A model generated the notes under the pieces. The model was not told the origin of the DNA. It did no database searches and saw only the letters and a list, made by a program, of their open reading frames with translations. Shown piece by piece: positions 59,573 through 64,000 of a stretch of 64,000 bases of DNA. Each line of letters opens with the position of its first letter. The stretch's first letter is position 1. Source of the stretch: Lepidodermella squamata (lineage: Eukaryota; Animalia; Gastrotricha); NCBI GenBank assembly GCA_047495785.1, contig JBLDXI010000017.1, positions 620,001 to 684,000 on the forward strand. The letters run 5' to 3'. The position numbers and the translations under genes are program-made.

Positions 59573-62537
59573 TTTCTAAGTACTGTGGCCCAGAGACTTG
59601 CAGCTGAATGCAAACATATTTTAAGGCTAAAAACAAACATGAAAGAATTACAATTTTGTATGCAGCGTGGCCTCAAGGCCTTTTCATCACATATACACTA
59701 CGCACTACACACATGTCGTAGGCTACCGTCCGCATCGCCTAAGCTCACTTACGGAGTGTTTACCAGCCAAATCCGTGCTTGGACAAAAAAGTGTACGTAA
59801 ATGGGTTAGTTTTTTTGGACTTTTAAACCACGTGATGTGAAAGTTTGCTCACACCTTTTCAGTGGGCACAAGGTAAATATTTTTGCGTGACATTAAAGAG
59901 TGGTACAATGACAAAGTTCAAGTCGGACAAAATCTGCCTACTTCTACACCGATTTTAGGCAAAAGAAGAGAGATCCAATCCTTGAGACCACCACAATGTA
60001 ATGCAATGGAATCGGTTTTTTACAATTAGCTAATCACGTGCTTGGAGAAGGGTGTGACGCATTTTGCGAATGAATAAAAATCAATAGCCTAGTACCAGCC
60101 AGTTTTTTCCTCATGCGTGAATGATAAATGATGTGGTAGCCTACTGAAGAATCGGGAATCAATTTTTATTGCATTGTAACCAATCAGATATATTGATTCG
60201 GCGCATAGATAATAATTAAGTACAGTAAAGGTGAAGATTGTAGGACCAAGGGGTGGAAAATGTGACAATTCATTACAGGAAACTCCAGATCGGAAAAATT
60301 GCGATGGGATCGGATGAAAAAAATTAATTACAGCAAGTTGTTGTGTAAATAGCTTCCGAGCGGCGCAGAGCCTAAAATAATATCGGCGCGATGGTGCTTC
60401 AGAAAATGTGATTATCTCGCGTATCATTATTGCGGTCACTTGCGTGTTGGATGTGAGGCGGTCGGTCGGTCACTGCATGCGACGCACATAAATATTTCAG
60501 GCAAAAACAAACGAATTAATTCGGCACAAGGAAATATCGCTTATTTTTTATGCACTGTTATTAGCGTATAGGCGTCGATTCGGCCACTCTCCAGGCCATA
60601 CACATCTAGTGAATGAATATCGTATATTGATATATCGTGGAGATTACTTACTACTATCATGCTTTGGCACTACAGGGGCTCAGTTTTCGCAATAAATTCA
60701 TCGAAAAAATTAATCACATCCTGTGCGCGCATCACGGGAAAAATCCATATAATATTCTCGCCAATCAGGCAAAGTGTGCGTAGTAGTAGGAGTTGTAGTC
60801 AATACGAGATTGATTAAGAAACAAGCGCTTTTGGCTCACCAGGTGCGGACGCGAGAAATTGCCATTATCGTTTCATGGACGCTAGTGTTAACAAGCCAAT
60901 AGTTGCTGATTAAGTAAACACGGATGCACGCTTTCTTAAGGTAGCTTTATTCGCAATAATTGAAACATTATCCGCTATAATTCATGTTGAGTAGGATTTA
61001 TTGTGATGCCCGAAAAATCCCGAATGCTTTTCGCACCTTGCACGGTGCAATCATTCGAGCGTAAATAACAAATCAAGGGTAATTATGGGTGAAATGAAAA
61101 CATTTCAATTTTCATATAGCGGTTTAGTGCATGTTGTTCAATTTTTCTCGTCCCAGAAGAAATTAACGCCCCGCCCCACCTGTGCGCGATTGAGGACGTA
61201 TTTAGCAGCAATTGATTTCCGCAATAATTGAGCAATATCCTAGGCCGCAGAAAGCAAACATATAAGCGAAAAAAACAAGTTGTGCGAAATGCATTGCCAG
61301 GACGCATTGCTTGCGTTGAAGAGTGTGACACGCTGCATGTCTCATCGCCTGCTACCACGATTTAGAAAACGCGTCTTTTGTCAGCTCTTGAAAAGTTAAA
61401 CGCGCGCTCGCTATAAAAGCGATGATCCATCCATATACGGCGTATAACAAGAGGTTGTATATTCTGCTGATGATGATAATTCACCAACGCGCGTAACCAA
61501 CGCACAATACCTGTGTGTGTGTTAAAAATTTTGAAGAAGATGCGCGCGCATTTTCAAGAATTTTTACAAGCGCAAATTACTTGCGTAAACATACGCGCAT
61601 ATACATATATAGTAGACAGAGAGACACAGAGCAGTAGCGCTTCTGCTGCGCTTTAAATGAGCAGCTAGCCGGCGATAAACCCGTGCTTATACGCACTCGA
61701 TTATTTTCATGTACGTTGCAAGCAAGCAGAGGACAAGCAACGACGAGACACGTTAATCCTAACAAATTACCCTCTGTATGATAATCAAAATTTGCGACTG
61801 TGATAACATCGCGGCAACACTCTGTCTGGCATGCTAATGCCAAGCAATATTTCGGTATTTTGGTGCAATGCTTTTTTGTTTTTTTTCCTGCAGCAACGAG
61901 GCTTGTTCGCGGATGAAATATTGTCCATTTTTTTCTGCAATATCCTGTTGGCGTGCATTCACCAATAACTCAGATTGGTTTTGTTTACAGACAAACAGAA
62001 AAAAGTTGGCAAATAAACTCTCCAGCGCGGTGCATCTTCAAACCTTTCAACATGAAACAGCAAAAAATGCCCATCTCAAAGGATTGCTAGAAAACTAGAG
62101 CAAATTCAGGCATTTCACTCTGAAGTTTCCCTAGAAACTTTGTGATTCGCGTTTGATATGTGTGTAGCATTGTTCTGCGACTTTGGGATTCGGTTGCTCT
62201 AGAATACAAGTACAAATGATGGGAAGAAAGAATCCAGGTTCACGATAAAAAAGAAAAATTAGCCTCGGCGATTAGAAAAAGTGCCAGATTAATCGGTGAA
62301 ATGAATTCGATCTTCTAGCCGAGCGCAAAAAAATTCCTCCGTCGTGCAATGACGTGCCTACTAGCTGATATTTTGTATTTAATCTATCGTGGCTACATCT
62401 TAAAAAAAAAACAGGCAGAATACTGACTTGAGAATCCGAAGCCATCATAAAATGACTTCCCGTTCAGAACTTTTTTGTCGATAAATTCTCCTATACACTA
62501 AAGAGCCGACAGCCAGCTACCTCTCAATTAGTTTTCC

Positions 62538-63767
62538 ATGCCTAAGGTGAACGCCGTGATTTTCCTGTTAATAACCTGCTTCGCCAAGTGCGAAAATCAG
62601 CAGAGCAACCCAAGGGACTACCCGAACTCAACCTCAATCGAAAATCAGGCCTATTGCCGATATCAAAGTGACCGCCGTAGTGTCGATGTCGAGTTTTACG
62701 TCTCAGAAATGTTGGGAATAGAAGAGAAAACGGAGACGTTTAGTGTTACAGGATTTCTCAAGTTGCGATGGATGGACTCTTGCTCAGTTTACAAGACTAT
62801 TTCGGGGAACAAATTCCGGTCTACAAACGGTTACCTATCGATCACCCATCCTGAACAGCAACTAATCTGGAAACCAGTCATCTACCTCAAAAATTCAGCT
62901 GATAAAGTAAGACGCGTTTGATTTCAGCGGCTGAATGCTGATTCTATATTTCTTTCTAAGACTCCGAGAAGTTACGAAACAACTTATCTTGCTTTTACTA
63001 ATGGGCTAATGGAAAGCTGGTCCTTTGGTCAATGGTCAAGTCGATGCCCGTTCGATGACTCTAGAATTCCATTTGACACTCAAGAATGCTCGCTAATTTT
63101 TCGGATTGCCGATCCCTCTGATCTGGTTCAAATTGGAAGAATCTCTGTCTCACCTGACCTGCCGGACAGCTTTCAAATCATTGGAACCCAAAAGCGTTGG
63201 CTTTCGCCTCAGTTCGACTCTAATTCTGTAGCGGCCGAATCGTATTTACTTTGCAGGAAATCCGCGCAAAATGGAGCCAATCAGACTATGTGTTGGCATG
63301 AAGCCAAATTTTCTTTCAAGTTGCAGCGTAATTACGAGCCTTACATATTGACCGTTTTCATACCATGCTTCGGTCAAGTCATTATGCAGCTATCCACCCT
63401 AGCCATGCCGCCAAATTCTCCGTCTCGGCCTACTTACACCGTGATAGTCGCATTAATTTTCGCTATCTATGAAATCCATATTTGGCGAGAGGGTGAACTA
63501 GCTTTGGGTAGAATTCGCAACCCATTCGCTGCTTTCATAGCCCTGAGCATGGTTTTCTCGTTTACGATGACTTTTTATGTCCTGATGACTTATGGCTGCT
63601 CGACAAGTCGATTGTGCTCGGAGGAAGAGGCTTCTCTTGAAATGATGCATCACCTCAGACGGCGCCAGTACAACAGATGTCGAGTGGCTGATCTGTGCGC
63701 TTTTTTGATATTTTTCTGCCTCATTCTAGCCGCTTATGTTTATTGCTTCGTTTTGTTGCTGCGCTGA
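62538..63767 (+). CDS. Divergent Cys-loop ligand-gated ion channel subunit: join(62538..62906,62961..63767)
   Basis: Signal peptide, W.D, IWKP.IY..NS, Cys-loop CPFDDSRIPFDTQEC, F.LQR, four hydrophobic segments and a final D...F..F. Confidence 0.88.
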
Positions 63768-64000
63768 AATTAGCTCTGTCTTCGAATTTCGAATTGTAGG
63801 CTGTAAGGTGTACATTATGGGCAAAGCAATAAGGCTGAGACCTGATATTAGAAACAGAGTAATAAAGAAAGCATTTACTAGAGGTAAAAAGTTTGTAATC
63901 ATCAATGATGTAAATTTAATGACCATCTCTTCTAACGAGGGGTCAGATGGAGCATGCATTATCATCATTACATCGAAGCGTATTTGACGACTTAGTTGAT
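63726..64000 (-). CDS. Possible 3' end of a membrane protein extending beyond the window
   Basis: Frame is open from the window end to 63726 and has a long hydrophobic stretch (FLPLVNAFFITLFLISGLSLIALPIMY). No family recognised. Confidence 0.35.
   Translation of the reverse strand, partial: QLSRQIRFDVMMIMHAPSDPSLEEMVIKFTSLMITNFLPLVNAFFITLFLISGLSLIALPIMYTLQPTIRNSKTELISAQQQNEAINISG

Noticed and set aside
11838-63767. Functional link between the Ly6 array and the Cys-loop channel (lynx1-like modulation)
   Set aside because: They are 40 kb apart with unrelated genes between them. Proximity alone is not evidence.
159-63987. Most short ORF-track entries antisense to or overlapping the genes above
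   Set aside because: They are shadow frames of real exons or AT-rich intergenic ORFs starting at TTG/GTG, with no domain signal.

Overview
Eukaryotic (invertebrate animal-like) genomic DNA with short GT-AG introns (about 50-60 bp, acceptors mostly TTTCAG/TTTTAG), organised as consecutive tandem gene arrays. In order: (1) five zinc-finger genes built from C2H2+C2HC finger pairs, mostly with PxDLS-type motifs (1-13.4 kb); (2) six GPI-anchored Ly6/three-finger genes (11.8-22.4 kb); (3) three atypical double-Kunitz genes surrounding a MITE-disrupted unknown gene (23-30 kb); (4) two paralogous unknown membrane proteins; (5) a GLUT/SLC2 transporter with a Gly/Tyr-rich secreted gene nested antisense in intron 1; (6) a pseudokinase-ankyrin gene; (7) an EF-hand gene; (8) seven GT31 core-1 beta-1,3-galactosyltransferase (T-synthase) family genes, interrupted by a GABA-B-like class C GPCR with one in-frame stop; (9) a divergent Cys-loop channel. 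The main candidate novel system is in the GT31 cluster. An intronless, catalytically dead, Cosmc-like paralogue sits about 90-240 bp upstream of an intact T-synthase on the same strand, and this two-gene cassette is repeated three times. Each short spacer carries a splice-acceptor-like TTTTAG, suggesting a co-transcribed enzyme/pseudoenzyme (chaperone) module. Several MITEs with resolvable target-site duplications are present, one carrying a TTAGG/TTAGGG telomere-like array. All gene models were read by eye and no database searches were run.
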